A DNA stretch of 64,000 nucleotides, taken from NCBI GenBank assembly GCA_048938385.1, contig JBHLMG010000001.1, positions 64,001-128,000 of the forward strand. The letters run 5' to 3'. A program made the translations under genes and the position numbers. Numbering within the stretch: the first letter of the stretch is position 1; every line of letters begins with the position of its first letter. Shown here one piece after another: positions 19,452-29,799 of this stretch. The notes beneath the pieces are model-generated. The model ran no database searches and was not told the origin of the DNA. It saw nothing but the letters and a program-made list of their open reading frames with translations. The DNA comes from Promethearchaeota archaeon (lineage in GTDB: Archaea; Asgardarchaeota; Hermodarchaeia; Hermodarchaeales; Hermodarchaeaceae).

Positions 19452-20453
19452 CTAGGTGAAGTGCTCATAACCTTTAGGCTCAATTACTCGTTCTTCTCCA
19501 CTGATTATTAGTCTCTTTTCCTGCTCTTCGACCACTTTCCCTATCGGAATCAACTGACCACCAACGCTTTCAACGCTGTGATGAGCGTTCTTCCATTTCG
19601 CTGAGGGAATAGTGACAACCAGTTCAAATTCCTCGCCCCCATAAAGTGCTAAATCAGCTGTGTCCAGATCATTTGCTGCGGCGAATTGGGTACAAATTAA
19701 AGGGACAGGAAGCGACTCGATGTAAAAGCCTACTTGACTAGCTGCTGCGAGTTCGTGCAGAGACCATGCCAGTCCATCGCTGCTGTCAATAGCAGCAGAG
19801 ACCACCCCTTTTTGGGCGAGAATTCGCCCTTCTCGTAATCGAGCATGAGGTCGTAACGCCTTTTCACGAATTTGTGCTAGAAGCTGGCGTGGCTCTTGGA
19901 GATCGTGATAAATGGCTTTCAACAATGTTCCTGTGTATCCAAACTCACCAGTAACTGCGATTACATCTCCAAGTGCAGCTCCTTTTCTTCTAACGAGCTG
20001 AGTTTTGGGAGCTGTACCAAATGCCGTACAATTGATGACCAACTCTATGCACTGGTTTGTATCCCCACCTAAATAGTAGGTGTCATGTTCTCGACTTACA
20101 CGGTTGAGTCCACTAACAACAGCTGCAGCAAAATTCGCTTCTGTACTTTCGGGAAACCCTAAGGATGCGACAATGCCTAATGGTAGAACCCCCTTGGCTG
20201 CTAGATCACTTAATCCCATAACCCCTGCTTTCCAGGCAATCTCACCTGCTGACATTCCTGGTAATACATCAGTTGAGGCAACGAGCATATCGGTATTTAC
20301 AACAAGGGCCTGTTTATCTAGAGGAACAGCGACGGCATCCTCCATTCCACTAAGTAATGCTTCATTAAATGGCGTTATTAGTTCTTGAAACCAACGAATT
20401 AAACCCCGTTCCCCAAGACCACGAACTGTTTGATCCTTCTTTATCAAATCCAA
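19452..20453 (-). CDS. thiL: thiamine-monophosphate kinase
   Basis: GERGLI, EDAVA, NTDMLV, SDLAAKG, GGDT, DSSDGL, GGEEFEL. Confidence 0.92.
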   Translation of the reverse strand: MDLIKKDQTVRGLGERGLIRWFQELITPFNEALLSGMEDAVAVPLDKQALVVNTDMLVASTDVLPGMSAGEIAWKAGVMGLSDLAAKGVLPLGIVASLGFPESTEANFAAAVVSGLNRVSREHDTYYLGGDTNQCIELVINCTAFGTAPKTQLVRRKGAALGDVIAVTGEFGYTGTLLKAIYHDLQEPRQLLAQIREKALRPHARLREGRILAQKGVVSAAIDSSDGLAWSLHELAAASQVGFYIESLPVPLICTQFAAANDLDTADLALYGGEEFELVVTIPSAKWKNAHHSVESVGGQLIPIGKVVEEQEKRLIISGEERVIEPKGYEHFT

Positions 20454-20523
20454 CCCCTTCGATTTCTACTACTGCCTGACTGGTCGAAATATTTTTTGGC
20501 TCTCTCATTTATTCTTTTACCAC

Positions 20524-20622
20524 GCCTCGATAGCTCAGTGGTAGAGCGACAGCCTCGTAAACTCTTAGATAAATAGTCGAGTAAGCTGCTGGTCGCGGGT
20601 TCAATCCCCGCTCGAGGCTCCA
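20524..20622 (+). tRNA. tRNA-Thr(CGU) with canonical intron (20560-20583, 37/38); CCA encoded
   Basis: GCCTCGA/TCGAGGC acceptor, U73, BHB helix CTCG/CGAG with TAA bulges; A27-C43 mismatch. Confidence 0.93.
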
Positions 20623-20633
20623 TTTCTTTTTGG

Positions 20634-22220
20634 TCAACTAGGTTGAACTCTTGAATCGACGATTTCTTGGAATTTCAGGCCCCCTGCCTGTTCGAGGAAG
20701 GTATCTAAATCCATGATGTGAATTACTGGAGTGATTTCCGTCGCAGTTTTTGTTAACTTGTGAATTGCCCTTTGATTTTGTGTATTATCTGCACCAGGTT
20801 TTAGTACTACATTCAATGTGAGAACATCCATTGAATATGGATCCTTAGGATTCGATTTGCTTACAATGATTTGTGTTTCGTGAACATCATTCATAGCTAA
20901 CAGGGATTCTCGTAACGCTGTCAGGTTTACAGTTGCACCTTTGATTTTTTCTTCGGCGATTCCCATTACTCGCAGTTGAGCACCGATTTCTGACTCGCGT
21001 GAAATATTGAAGAAACACGGCATCTCAAGACCACAATGAGGGCACTTGCCTATAGTGACTTTGTCAACATGGTCGCCCATCAGGTAACCTTCGTACATTG
21101 TGGCTCGTCCATCTACATGAAAGATTGTGATATAACCTCCCTCTTCAGGGCTTGTAAACTCGTAGCTTCCTGCGTCATCTGTGAATTTCACAAACCTTAC
21201 TGCAAAGGCAAGAGGTGATAAGTTATGGTATCCACCTTTTTCGGTACATTGACAGGCCACACCAATCTTGGTTTCACTGGCTGCCCAACCACCAATGACG
21301 CGTGTCTCTGTCATTCCTACTTCTGCAAAATGCTCTTTGATGTCATCGATTACAGCATCGTAGATTCGTTCGCCTGCTAAGAGGATGATTCCACGCTTTT
21401 CTAATTGTGGCTTTTGGATTAGTAATTCGCGACAAAAGATGTTCCGTAAATACCCTGGCATTGCCGCAAATCCTGTTACCTTGAACAACTCTGCTAGCTG
21501 AACTAATTTATCAGTAGAAATAGCTCCCCCGGCTGTTGAGCGCACGACGAAATCTGCCATCTGTAATAATCCGCCATCAACGCCAAAAAATCCGAGGTGT
21601 GGCGCGCTTGGGAACAGGTTCATGGCACGAAGTTCAAAGCCGTCTTTGACGAACGGATCAATTGCCATCTTGCCAGATTTAGCCATGTTATTTAGCATAA
21701 GTTCGTTGTCGTAGTGAGTTAAAAACACGGGGGATGGAAGCCCTGACGCTCGTCCTGATGAAAACCAGAAAAAGCGAGGTGTATATTGATATTTAATATG
21801 GTCAAGGAGTTCTTGGGTTGCTCGTTTTTTCCCAATGCGAAGTTTAACTTTTAGTCCTCGATTGAAAACATAGCTTCTTTCTTCATTGTAACCTGCTTCC
21901 TTATAGTATCGCAAAATGCTTCCAATAATTGCAGCGGGTTCTCGTTCTCCTCCATCGACTTGTTGTGGATTGAGGACGAACTCCCGAAGATTATCTTTAT
22001 AATCAGCTTTCTTAACGAGCGGAAGCCCATATTTCGACCAATCTGTGGGTCGTTCGAGTTTGAAGGGATCCACATTGTAGTCTTTGAACAGTCGACGGTA
22101 GAAGGGATGATTAGGGTAAACTTGGTATCGAATGAATGCACGAAACTTGCGTTCCTGCATGGCCTCTATGTCTTCGTATTTAGTTGATTTGAGCTCATCA
22201 AAGGTTAGAAATCTTTTCAT
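20634..22220 (-). CDS. phenylacetate-CoA ligase / coenzyme F390 synthetase-like adenylate-forming enzyme
   Basis: HPFYRRLF, LPLVKK, SSGRASG P-loop, AGE, WAASE, YLMGD, CPHCG, KIKGATV. Confidence 0.75.
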   Translation of the reverse strand: MKRFLTFDELKSTKYEDIEAMQERKFRAFIRYQVYPNHPFYRRLFKDYNVDPFKLERPTDWSKYGLPLVKKADYKDNLREFVLNPQQVDGGEREPAAIIGSILRYYKEAGYNEERSYVFNRGLKVKLRIGKKRATQELLDHIKYQYTPRFFWFSSGRASGLPSPVFLTHYDNELMLNNMAKSGKMAIDPFVKDGFELRAMNLFPSAPHLGFFGVDGGLLQMADFVVRSTAGGAISTDKLVQLAELFKVTGFAAMPGYLRNIFCRELLIQKPQLEKRGIILLAGERIYDAVIDDIKEHFAEVGMTETRVIGGWAASETKIGVACQCTEKGGYHNLSPLAFAVRFVKFTDDAGSYEFTSPEEGGYITIFHVDGRATMYEGYLMGDHVDKVTIGKCPHCGLEMPCFFNISRESEIGAQLRVMGIAEEKIKGATVNLTALRESLLAMNDVHETQIIVSKSNPKDPYSMDVLTLNVVLKPGADNTQNQRAIHKLTKTATEITPVIHIMDLDTFLEQAGGLKFQEIVDSRVQPS

Positions 22221-22378
22221 CAGGTAACACCCTGCAACCCTTTCATCGGTTCGTAAACCATTGCAGGGCTAAATTATCCAAAAAGCGTTTCGATAGTTTG
22301 AGACTAGCATTCCTTTTACTGTCTTGTTGTGTGGTAAAGCAAATATTACCGAGAGTAAGAAGAAAAGAGCGGAGAATG

Positions 22379-22627
22379 TCAGTTGACAAGATCGATCAAA
22401 GCGACATCTTCGAATGCCCCGGAAGGTAACTTGCGTCGTATTGTCAGGGGCAAAACTCGTTTCTGCAGTTCTAATTCCGCAATCCGGATAGGGTCGTGAA
22501 GTTCGGGGTCGATGCGAACAAGAATTGGAGCGCCCATAGAAATCTGAAGGGCACGGGCTCCTACGACTCGGGATTTTTCGTATCGAGTCATTCGTTTAGG
22601 ACCAATTTCAGGTCCTTTCTTTGGCAC
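22379..22627 (-). CDS. rpo6: RNA polymerase subunit Rpo6 (K)
   Basis: TRYEKSRVVGARALQISMGAP, PLTIRRKLP. Confidence 0.95.
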   Translation of the reverse strand: MPKKGPEIGPKRMTRYEKSRVVGARALQISMGAPILVRIDPELHDPIRIAELELQKRVLPLTIRRKLPSGAFEDVALIDLVN

Positions 22628-22656
22628 ATTCTCCGCCTCTTAGAGTTGTTGATTTT

Positions 22657-24297
22657 TTAGTCTTCGAAGTCTTCGCCGCCAGGTGGGCCACCAGGGCCTC
22701 CTGGACCTTCCATGCCCTTCGATGCGATGACATCATCGATCCGAAGTAGCATTTGTGCGACTTCACTTGCTGATTTGATAGCTTGGCGTTTGACGATAAG
22801 GGGCTCCCAAACATTTGCCTTTGCTAAATCGGTAACCTTCCCTTTAAGTCCATCAACACCAGCTGTAACCCGACCTTTTTCGTGTTGAGTCTTAAGGTCG
22901 GCTAAAATGTCGATGGGATCAAGTCCAGCGTTCTCAGCGAGGGTTTTGGGAATAATCTCCATTGCCTCTGCGAAAGCGAGGACCGCTAGTTGTTCGCGTC
23001 CAGGAAGGGTTTCAGCATAGTCTTGTAGTTGTCGCGCTACCTGGATTTCAGGAGCACCTCCACCTGCTACAACTCGTCCATCCTCAACGACATTACGGAT
23101 AACACAGAGGGCATCGTGTAAGGCTCTTTCTGCCTCGTCAACTGCCAAGTCTGTGCTTCCTCGGAGAAGGATACTAACGGCTTTCGGATTCTTGCAACCT
23201 TCGACAAATACCATTTTGTCATCAGCAATTTTCCGTTCTTCGAGGTTCTCAGCCATTCCTAAATCCTTCTTAGTTAAATCATCAAGATTGGATACGAGCT
23301 TTCCACCAGTAGCACGGGCGAGTTTTTCCATATCACTTTCTTTTATTCGGCGTACAGCTACAATGCCCTCTTGAGCCATAAAGTGCTGGGCTACATCATC
23401 AATGCCTTTCTGGCAAAGAACTACATTTGCTCCGCTCTTTTTGATTTTGTCAACCATATCACGAAGCATCCGTTCCTCTTCGTCAAGGAATGCTTGCATC
23501 TGAGATACTTCACGAATGTCGATTTTAGCCGTAAATTCAGTCTTTTCCACCTCAAATGCAGATTGAACAAGCGCGATTTTTGGTTGTTTTACGGCCTTGG
23601 ACATACCAGGGTGAACAATTTCCTTATCAAGAACGATTCCTTCGATAAACATCGTATCGCGAATCGTTCCGCCTTGCTTCTTTTCGATTTTTACATTATC
23701 GATGTCAGATCGATTTTTACCATCGACTGAATCGGTGATGCGTTTGATAGCCTTCACGCCTAGATCAGCTAAGAACTGGCGATATTCTGAGACGACCTTG
23801 GATTGCATTGCAGTCATAGCGACTTTTTTCAACATCATGTCACTAGAGTCGGCTACGGCAATTGAGTCCAACGCGCTCAGTGCTTTTTCATTTGCCTTAC
23901 GATACCCTTCAACAATGACTGTAGGATGAATTTTCTGATCAATAAGCAATTCAGCCTGTTTTAAGAGTTCACCTGCTAGCACAACTGCTGATGTAGTTCC
24001 ATCGCCCACTTCATCATCTTGGGTTTTTGCTACTTCAACAATCATTTTTGCTGCAGGGTGTTCAACATCGATTTCCTTCAGAATGGTTGCTCCATCATTG
24101 GTAATTGTAACATCACCGAAGCTGTCGACGAGCATCTTATCTTGACCCTTGGGACCAAGCGCTGTTCGAATAGCTTCAGCGATTGCGACCGCTGCTGTTA
24201 TATTATTATGTTGTGCATCGCGGCCACGTTCGCGTTTTGTACCTTCTTTTAACAATAGAATTGGTGTACCTCCAAGTGACACCTGCAGTACCTCCAA
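22657..24297 (-). CDS. ths: thermosome (group II chaperonin) subunit
   Basis: [33 protein letters not shown], Gly/Pro-rich tail. Confidence 0.96.
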   Translation of the reverse strand: MEVLQVSLGGTPILLLKEGTKRERGRDAQHNNITAAVAIAEAIRTALGPKGQDKMLVDSFGDVTITNDGATILKEIDVEHPAAKMIVEVAKTQDDEVGDGTTSAVVLAGELLKQAELLIDQKIHPTVIVEGYRKANEKALSALDSIAVADSSDMMLKKVAMTAMQSKVVSEYRQFLADLGVKAIKRITDSVDGKNRSDIDNVKIEKKQGGTIRDTMFIEGIVLDKEIVHPGMSKAVKQPKIALVQSAFEVEKTEFTAKIDIREVSQMQAFLDEEERMLRDMVDKIKKSGANVVLCQKGIDDVAQHFMAQEGIVAVRRIKESDMEKLARATGGKLVSNLDDLTKKDLGMAENLEERKIADDKMVFVEGCKNPKAVSILLRGSTDLAVDEAERALHDALCVIRNVVEDGRVVAGGGAPEIQVARQLQDYAETLPGREQLAVLAFAEAMEIIPKTLAENAGLDPIDILADLKTQHEKGRVTAGVDGLKGKVTDLAKANVWEPLIVKRQAIKSASEVAQMLLRIDDVIASKGMEGPGGPGGPPGGEDFED

Positions 24298-24359
24298 GTG
24301 GAGTGATAGGGCAGTTGCACCTTACTCTTCCATATAAAAATTTCGCTATATCTTATATT

Positions 24360-25481
24360 CTAGAGTCGTAATTTCCCTGCAAGTAATCCAAGATTACCCA
24401 CATGTGGACGTTTACCGAGTTCACTTTTTGCTGCATCATAACAGCGTTGGGCTTGGTGAAGGGGAGTTACAGGGAGGTCTTTCATTAAATGTTGAGGATG
24501 AAAAATTAGGAGACTATATTCAATTGACGGTTGATTAAGTTCTTTGATGAATCGGGCAATTTGCCTAACCTCTACTTCATCAATGTAATGTGGAACAAGC
24601 AGCGTGGTCGCCATCAACGGAGGATACTCCCGCTGTTCAAACTCAAGCTGATCTGCTAACATTTGAAAATTTGCAAAACTGGGTCGTTTCGATCTTCCAC
24701 AAAGGGCTTGATAAATGGATTCTGAATATGCCTTGAGATCAAATTTGATAATTCCTCCTGTTTGTTCTGTGAGTCTTCCCATCTTTTTAATAAGCGAAGG
24801 ATTCCCTTGACCATTCATTTCAAAGCATTGACGAAGTAATCGATCTTTGAACAAAGTTTGACATGCTTCTAATACCTTTATTGTGAATGGAAGTTGTGGT
24901 TCTGGAGACCCCCCGAAATAACAAACGCAAGTAATTTTTTCGTTCTGTGAAATTACATTCAAAAAGGAGTCAATTTCGACGGTTGTACCCTGTGATATTT
25001 TTTTATGGGACACATTCTGACAGAACAAGCAATCTAATCCACAACCATAAAAGAAAACAGCCAGATTGGTAAAGCCATATTCGGGTCTGGGGGTTTTCGC
25101 CCATTCGGGGTAACCGACTCCCGTCCCGCCAGGGCAAAAATACGATCCACAGCAATTAGTGATGTGTGGATCGAAATAATAATGCATTAAAGCCTTCGAG
25201 GCAGTAACCTTTCCTTCTAAGCGTCCATTAACATTGGCTCGTAAGCCACAGTAACCAAGTTCGCTAGGAGGAATGACACATTCGTTTGCACAAATTTTAC
25301 ATCCTACACCATTCCTTGTCTGGGGAACAGTATCGGGTAACTCGAATAAGAACTGCCGCCATTGATGGGCAGTTTGGGTAACTTGTTTTACCATATCTGA
25401 ATCCTGGCGAAGGCAATTAATACAAATCGGGAGCACTTTTGCGAGGTTCAATTCTTGGTTGCAGACAACACATCGCGGCAT
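24360..25481 (-). CDS. radical SAM protein, PFL-activating-enzyme-like (related to AmmeMemoRadiSam RS)
   Basis: N-terminal Cys pairs, CKICANEC...GYCGLR, CGLDCLFCQN, FGGSPEPQ, FDLKA. Confidence 0.8.
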   Translation of the reverse strand: MPRCVVCNQELNLAKVLPICINCLRQDSDMVKQVTQTAHQWRQFLFELPDTVPQTRNGVGCKICANECVIPPSELGYCGLRANVNGRLEGKVTASKALMHYYFDPHITNCCGSYFCPGGTGVGYPEWAKTPRPEYGFTNLAVFFYGCGLDCLFCQNVSHKKISQGTTVEIDSFLNVISQNEKITCVCYFGGSPEPQLPFTIKVLEACQTLFKDRLLRQCFEMNGQGNPSLIKKMGRLTEQTGGIIKFDLKAYSESIYQALCGRSKRPSFANFQMLADQLEFEQREYPPLMATTLLVPHYIDEVEVRQIARFIKELNQPSIEYSLLIFHPQHLMKDLPVTPLHQAQRCYDAAKSELGKRPHVGNLGLLAGKLRL

Positions 25482-25600
25482 TCTGACAAACGACTCTTTT
25501 TGAACTTGATACTTATTTGAGCATTAAGACTTCCGATTCCTCCTACTCAACAAGAATATCTTTTTGTTCTTGAAAGCCGTTTCACTATTGGCGAAGTTAA

Positions 25601-27376
25601 TTGCAGTACAGAGAAGTGTCACAATTCTATAATCGCTTAGAAAACACTGCTAAACGGTTAGAAATGATAGCCATCCTAGCCGAGCTCTTTGCGCAACTTC
25701 GTAAAACCGAAAACGCTGATACCATCAGTAAAGTTGCCTATCTCACTGAGGGGAAGCTCTATCCAAGTTGGATGGACAAACCAGAAATCGGTATTGCAGA
25801 GAAAATGGCGATTAACGCAATTGCTATCGCTTTAGGTATCAATTCTTCACAAGTAGTAAAATTTGTCAACCGAACCGGAGACATAGGTACGGCGTGTGAA
25901 GAACTACTGAAAGAGAAAAGGCAAACAACTCTTTTTGACACTCCTCTTACGATCCAACATGTCTATGATTCATTGGTAAAAATCGCATCAGCCCAAGGAT
26001 CAGGTAGCGCTGAGCTCAAAGTTCGTACACTTGCAGGTCTCATCAATGTAGCAACTCCCCTTGAAGCTCGCTATCTACTCCGAACAGTGACAGGTGCGTT
26101 ACGGCTTGGTATAGCTGAAATGACAGTCCTTGATGCGTTGGCAGTTGCCTTTGCAGATGGAAAAGAAAATCGCGACCAACTTGAACGAGCCTATAACATC
26201 ACAAGCGATTTGGGGCAAATTGCAGGGTTGGTCGCATTCAAAGGATTACGAGGTATTGAGAATGTAACCGTAACCCTCGGAAAACCAATTCGAATGATGG
26301 CCGCTCAAAAATTATCAACACCCGAGGAAATTGTAGAAAAACTAGAAGGGCAGTTGGCTGGCGAATGGAAATTAGATGGAGAGCGAATGCAGATCCATAA
26401 GAACCAGGAAATTATCACCATATTTTCACGAAGGCTAGAACCAATTGCCTCAATGTATCCAGATGTTGTTCGAATTGCGAAAACCCAGCTGAAAACGAAA
26501 AGGTGCATAGTCGAAGGCGAAGCCGTCGCAATAGATAAGCAGAATCCTCAAAAACTACTCCCTTTCCAAGTTCTAATGCGCCGACGGCGTAAATATAAGA
26601 TTGATGAAATGGTAAAAGAGATACCTGTTGCGATCTTCCTTTTTGATTGTCTTTATGTGGATGGTACAGATTTTACTCGTAAACCCTACACAAAACGACG
26701 AGCCAAACTTGAAAATATTGTTAAACCGAGTGATTATGCGCGTTTGGTCCCATCAAAAGAACTCGCTTCTGCATCTGAAGTTAATGCCATGTTTCGTGAA
26801 GCCCTCGATCATGGCAGTGAAGGTCTCATTGTTAAATCTACCACATCGGATTCGATTTACCGAGCTGGTGCCCGAAGCTGGTTATGGGTAAAACTCAAGG
26901 AATCGTACCAAGCTCAAGCTGTGGGTCCTGTAGATCTCGTTGTTGTCGGTGCCTTTTGGGGTCGCGGAAGACGAGCAAAAACTTACGGTGCGCTATTAGC
27001 TGCAGTCCGTGACGAAGAAAGTGGCGAATTTAAGACGGTGTGTAAAGTGGGAACAGGGTTCAGTGATGAGGAACTCGAAAAACTTCCTAGTCGCCTCAAA
27101 CCCCATCTAATTTCTAAAAAAGATCCATTAGTTGATTCAAAAATGAAAGCCGATGTTTGGTTCCAACCTGCAATTGTCTTCCAGGTATTTGGCGACGAAA
27201 TAACACGCAGTCCTATTCATACCTGCGCCTTTGATCAAGTTGGACCGAATGAAGGTCTTGCCATTAGATTTCCACGGTTTGATGGAACCTGGCGATACGA
27301 CAAATCTCCTGAGGAAGCTACAACCGTGAATGATATAATCATCGCCTACGAAACTCAAACAAAAACCGGAAAGTAA
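25601..27376 (+). CDS. lig: ATP-dependent DNA ligase
   Basis: EWKLDGER motif I, EGLIVK, KVGTGFSDE, AIRFPRF. Confidence 0.95.
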   Translation: MQYREVSQFYNRLENTAKRLEMIAILAELFAQLRKTENADTISKVAYLTEGKLYPSWMDKPEIGIAEKMAINAIAIALGINSSQVVKFVNRTGDIGTACEELLKEKRQTTLFDTPLTIQHVYDSLVKIASAQGSGSAELKVRTLAGLINVATPLEARYLLRTVTGALRLGIAEMTVLDALAVAFADGKENRDQLERAYNITSDLGQIAGLVAFKGLRGIENVTVTLGKPIRMMAAQKLSTPEEIVEKLEGQLAGEWKLDGERMQIHKNQEIITIFSRRLEPIASMYPDVVRIAKTQLKTKRCIVEGEAVAIDKQNPQKLLPFQVLMRRRRKYKIDEMVKEIPVAIFLFDCLYVDGTDFTRKPYTKRRAKLENIVKPSDYARLVPSKELASASEVNAMFREALDHGSEGLIVKSTTSDSIYRAGARSWLWVKLKESYQAQAVGPVDLVVVGAFWGRGRRAKTYGALLAAVRDEESGEFKTVCKVGTGFSDEELEKLPSRLKPHLISKKDPLVDSKMKADVWFQPAIVFQVFGDEITRSPIHTCAFDQVGPNEGLAIRFPRFDGTWRYDKSPEEATTVNDIIIAYETQTKTGK

Positions 27377-27379
27377 TCA

Positions 27380-27658
27380 TCAGTTCTGTAAAGACTCCAA
27401 AACTAGTTCGGGCTTCATTCCTTCAATTAACAAGATCTTATTCTTTGACTTCGCACCCGCCATAATATGTACGCGTTGAGAGGAGACCCTAAGCTTCTTA
27501 GCTACAAGCCGAATTACTTCTTGGTTCGCCTGTCCCCTTGTGGGTGGAGCCTTTACAAATACTTGGCAGGAACCCTCTCGTACATGGATAGTAGCCGTCT
27601 TAGAACGCGCATGGATTTGAACATGCAATAAGGTTCCCTTATCATGAGATTCAATCAT
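27380..27658 (-). CDS. DUF167/YggU family protein (start reassigned to ATG at 27658)
   Basis: VKAPPTRGQANQE, GAKSKNK; the longer ORF call overlaps the profilin gene. Confidence 0.85.
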   Translation of the reverse strand: MIESHDKGTLLHVQIHARSKTATIHVREGSCQVFVKAPPTRGQANQEVIRLVAKKLRVSSQRVHIMAGAKSKNKILLIEGMKPELVLESLQN

Positions 27659-27745
27659 AATGGGTCTGCCAGAACCTTTTAGTAAGGATATCAAAAAGGT
27701 GTTATTATACTCATTTGCACATCGAGGAAGAGGTGTAGGCACATA

Positions 27746-28117
27746 ATGTCCGAAAATATCCAAGCCTGGGTAAACTACATGCAACAGGTGGACAGCACTA
27801 TCATGGCCGTTTCTGTCATACGAAATGATGGAACAGTAGTGTTTACCACGCCAAACTGGACGGTCGCAGGTGCAGAGATTCTCTCAGCAGTTCAAAATAA
27901 ACCACCGAGCATCACAATTCAAGGAGTGAAATATAGTACAATACAAGCCACAGATCATCATCTCGTCGCTACGAATGTTCGTGGTCAGGGTTCTATCGTC
28001 ATCACTGCGGCACGCGATAGGGGATATGTTATTGCCTATGTGTCTCCTCAAGGTGATGTGCAAGGCGCCTATGTCGAAATTGCCAAGGCATCAGCCAATA
28101 TTGGAGGATTCATGTAA
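27746..28117 (+). CDS. profilin (Asgard type)
   Basis: 123 aa; N-helix, AVSVIRNDG, PNW, SITIQGVKYS, LVATNVRGQG pattern of Asgard profilins. Confidence 0.85.
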   Translation: MSENIQAWVNYMQQVDSTIMAVSVIRNDGTVVFTTPNWTVAGAEILSAVQNKPPSITIQGVKYSTIQATDHHLVATNVRGQGSIVITAARDRGYVIAYVSPQGDVQGAYVEIAKASANIGGFM

Positions 28118-28186
28118 CAAAGGTTGCCAAATTGATCATTCAAAGGCTTTTCCCTGTTTAGTCGTCTACAAAGAACTCTTCCAGGA

Positions 28187-28612
28187 GTGTGTACTTCTAT
28201 CACTTCCCCTAGAGGCTCTACAAAACGGTCAAAAGAGTCTGATAATTCGCGAATTGAACAATGGATGCGTGAACTACGACTGAGACGGGATCTTCAAGTC
28301 ACGGGTAAACCCAAACCAACTCAGAGTCGCAACCTTGAACGCCTCAAGCAACTACTGGCTTCCGAGGGCTTCAAGATTAGGGCGAATCGGCTTCAAATTA
28401 AACGACAAGAAGCGACTTTTGAAATCGATCTCAAGATGGGAAATGTAACAGCGTTGCAAGAGGGGAAGGATCCAATAGCGCTATGTGTTACACTTGAAAC
28501 CACTCCTTGGGCTAGTTTAGAGGATTTATCTGATTTTGACCTCTTCCTCCTCTCAATCGTGTATGTCTTAGCACGAGAAGCGCTACCTGCTAGCATCAAA
28601 GAACAACTTTGA
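28187..28612 (+). CDS. hypothetical protein
   Basis: ORF between profilin and gap with plausible composition. Confidence 0.5.
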   Translation: MCTSITSPRGSTKRSKESDNSRIEQWMRELRLRRDLQVTGKPKPTQSRNLERLKQLLASEGFKIRANRLQIKRQEATFEIDLKMGNVTALQEGKDPIALCVTLETTPWASLEDLSDFDLFLLSIVYVLAREALPASIKEQL

Positions 28613-28728
28613 TGTTTGCTCGTGAAATTCACTATGGGTTCTTGTTTTGAGTGGTGTGACCTAAAATGAGCGGAAACACTTAAAGCCAGAATACATCGAT
28701 TCGTCCCCTGTCCCGTGGAGGGTATTTT

Positions 28729-29733
28729 ATGGCGGTAAAAGTTGCTATAAACGGACTTGGCCGAATTGGACGAAACTTTCTACGTGGAGCGCTGAACGCA
28801 AAGAATTTCGAAATCGTTGCAGCCAACGATTTAGGTGATCCCTCGATTGTAGCATACCTTCTTCGCTACGATTCAATATATGGGGAATTTCCAGGAACAA
28901 TAAAGCCTTCTGAGGGCGCACTAGTTATCGATAATCATACCGTAAGAATGTTCCAGGAACGAGACCCTGCGAAGCTTCCATGGAAGAAATTAGAGATTGA
29001 CATTGTTATTGAAGCCACAGGAATATTTCGGGACCGTGAACAAGCAGCCTTACATCAACAAGCGGGCGCACAAAAGGTAATCATATCCGCACCTGGGCGT
29101 GGTGAAGACGCCATGTTTGTACTGGGTGTGAATGGCGACACCTACGATCCGGACAAACACCACATCATCTCCAATGCCTCATGTACCACCAACTGCTTTG
29201 CACCAGTCATCAAGGTATTAATGGAGAACTTTGGAATCGAATATGGCTACATGTCAACGATCCATGGTTATACTCTTGATCAACGGCTACTTGATGCTAT
29301 TCACAAAGACTACCGGCGTGCTCGAGGCGCTGCTATCAACATCATACCAACTACTACGGGCGCCGCAAAGGCGATTTTCCGCCTTTTCCCTGAGCTTGAA
29401 GGTAAACTTGCTGCCATGTCTTACCGTGTACCTGTTCCTGACGGCTCGGTCATCGATTTCAGTGTCAAGCTCGCAAAATCAACGACAGGGAGCGCGCTCA
29501 ACCAGGCTTTCCAAAAAGCGGCGCAATCCTCTCTTAAAGGAATCCTCCAATACAATGAAGAACCAATCGTATCAACAGATATCATCGGAAACCCCCACTC
29601 ATCCATCTTTGATAGTCAACTTACAGAAGTATTGGGCGATAGATTCGCTCATATAGTTTCATGGTATGACAACGAAGCAGGATTTAGCACTCGGTTAATC
29701 GAGCTCACTCAACTCGTTGCTTCGAGATTATAG
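28729..29733 (+). CDS. gap: class I (bacterial/eukaryotic-type) glyceraldehyde-3-phosphate dehydrogenase
   Basis: INGLGRIGR, NASCTTNC, IIPTTTGAAKA, RVPVPDGS, WYDNE; SD GGAGG upstream. Confidence 0.95.
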   Translation: MAVKVAINGLGRIGRNFLRGALNAKNFEIVAANDLGDPSIVAYLLRYDSIYGEFPGTIKPSEGALVIDNHTVRMFQERDPAKLPWKKLEIDIVIEATGIFRDREQAALHQQAGAQKVIISAPGRGEDAMFVLGVNGDTYDPDKHHIISNASCTTNCFAPVIKVLMENFGIEYGYMSTIHGYTLDQRLLDAIHKDYRRARGAAINIIPTTTGAAKAIFRLFPELEGKLAAMSYRVPVPDGSVIDFSVKLAKSTTGSALNQAFQKAAQSSLKGILQYNEEPIVSTDIIGNPHSSIFDSQLTEVLGDRFAHIVSWYDNEAGFSTRLIELTQLVASRL

Positions 29734-29749
29734 AATGAAAAAGAGGAAC

Positions 29750-29776
29750 GAGGACTATTAAAAGCAAATAGTCCTC
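29750..29776. terminator. hairpin between convergent genes; putative terminator
   Basis: Perfect 10-bp inverted repeat GAGGACTATT/AATAGTCCTC with 7-nt loop; pyrimidine/T-rich tract follows on the minus strand. Confidence 0.5.
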
Positions 29777-29799
29777 AAAGCTCGTTAATTTACTTACAC

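Noticed and set aside
27659-27784. N-terminal extension of the DUF167 ORF
   Set aside because: It overlaps the profilin start; family similarity begins at the ATG at 27658
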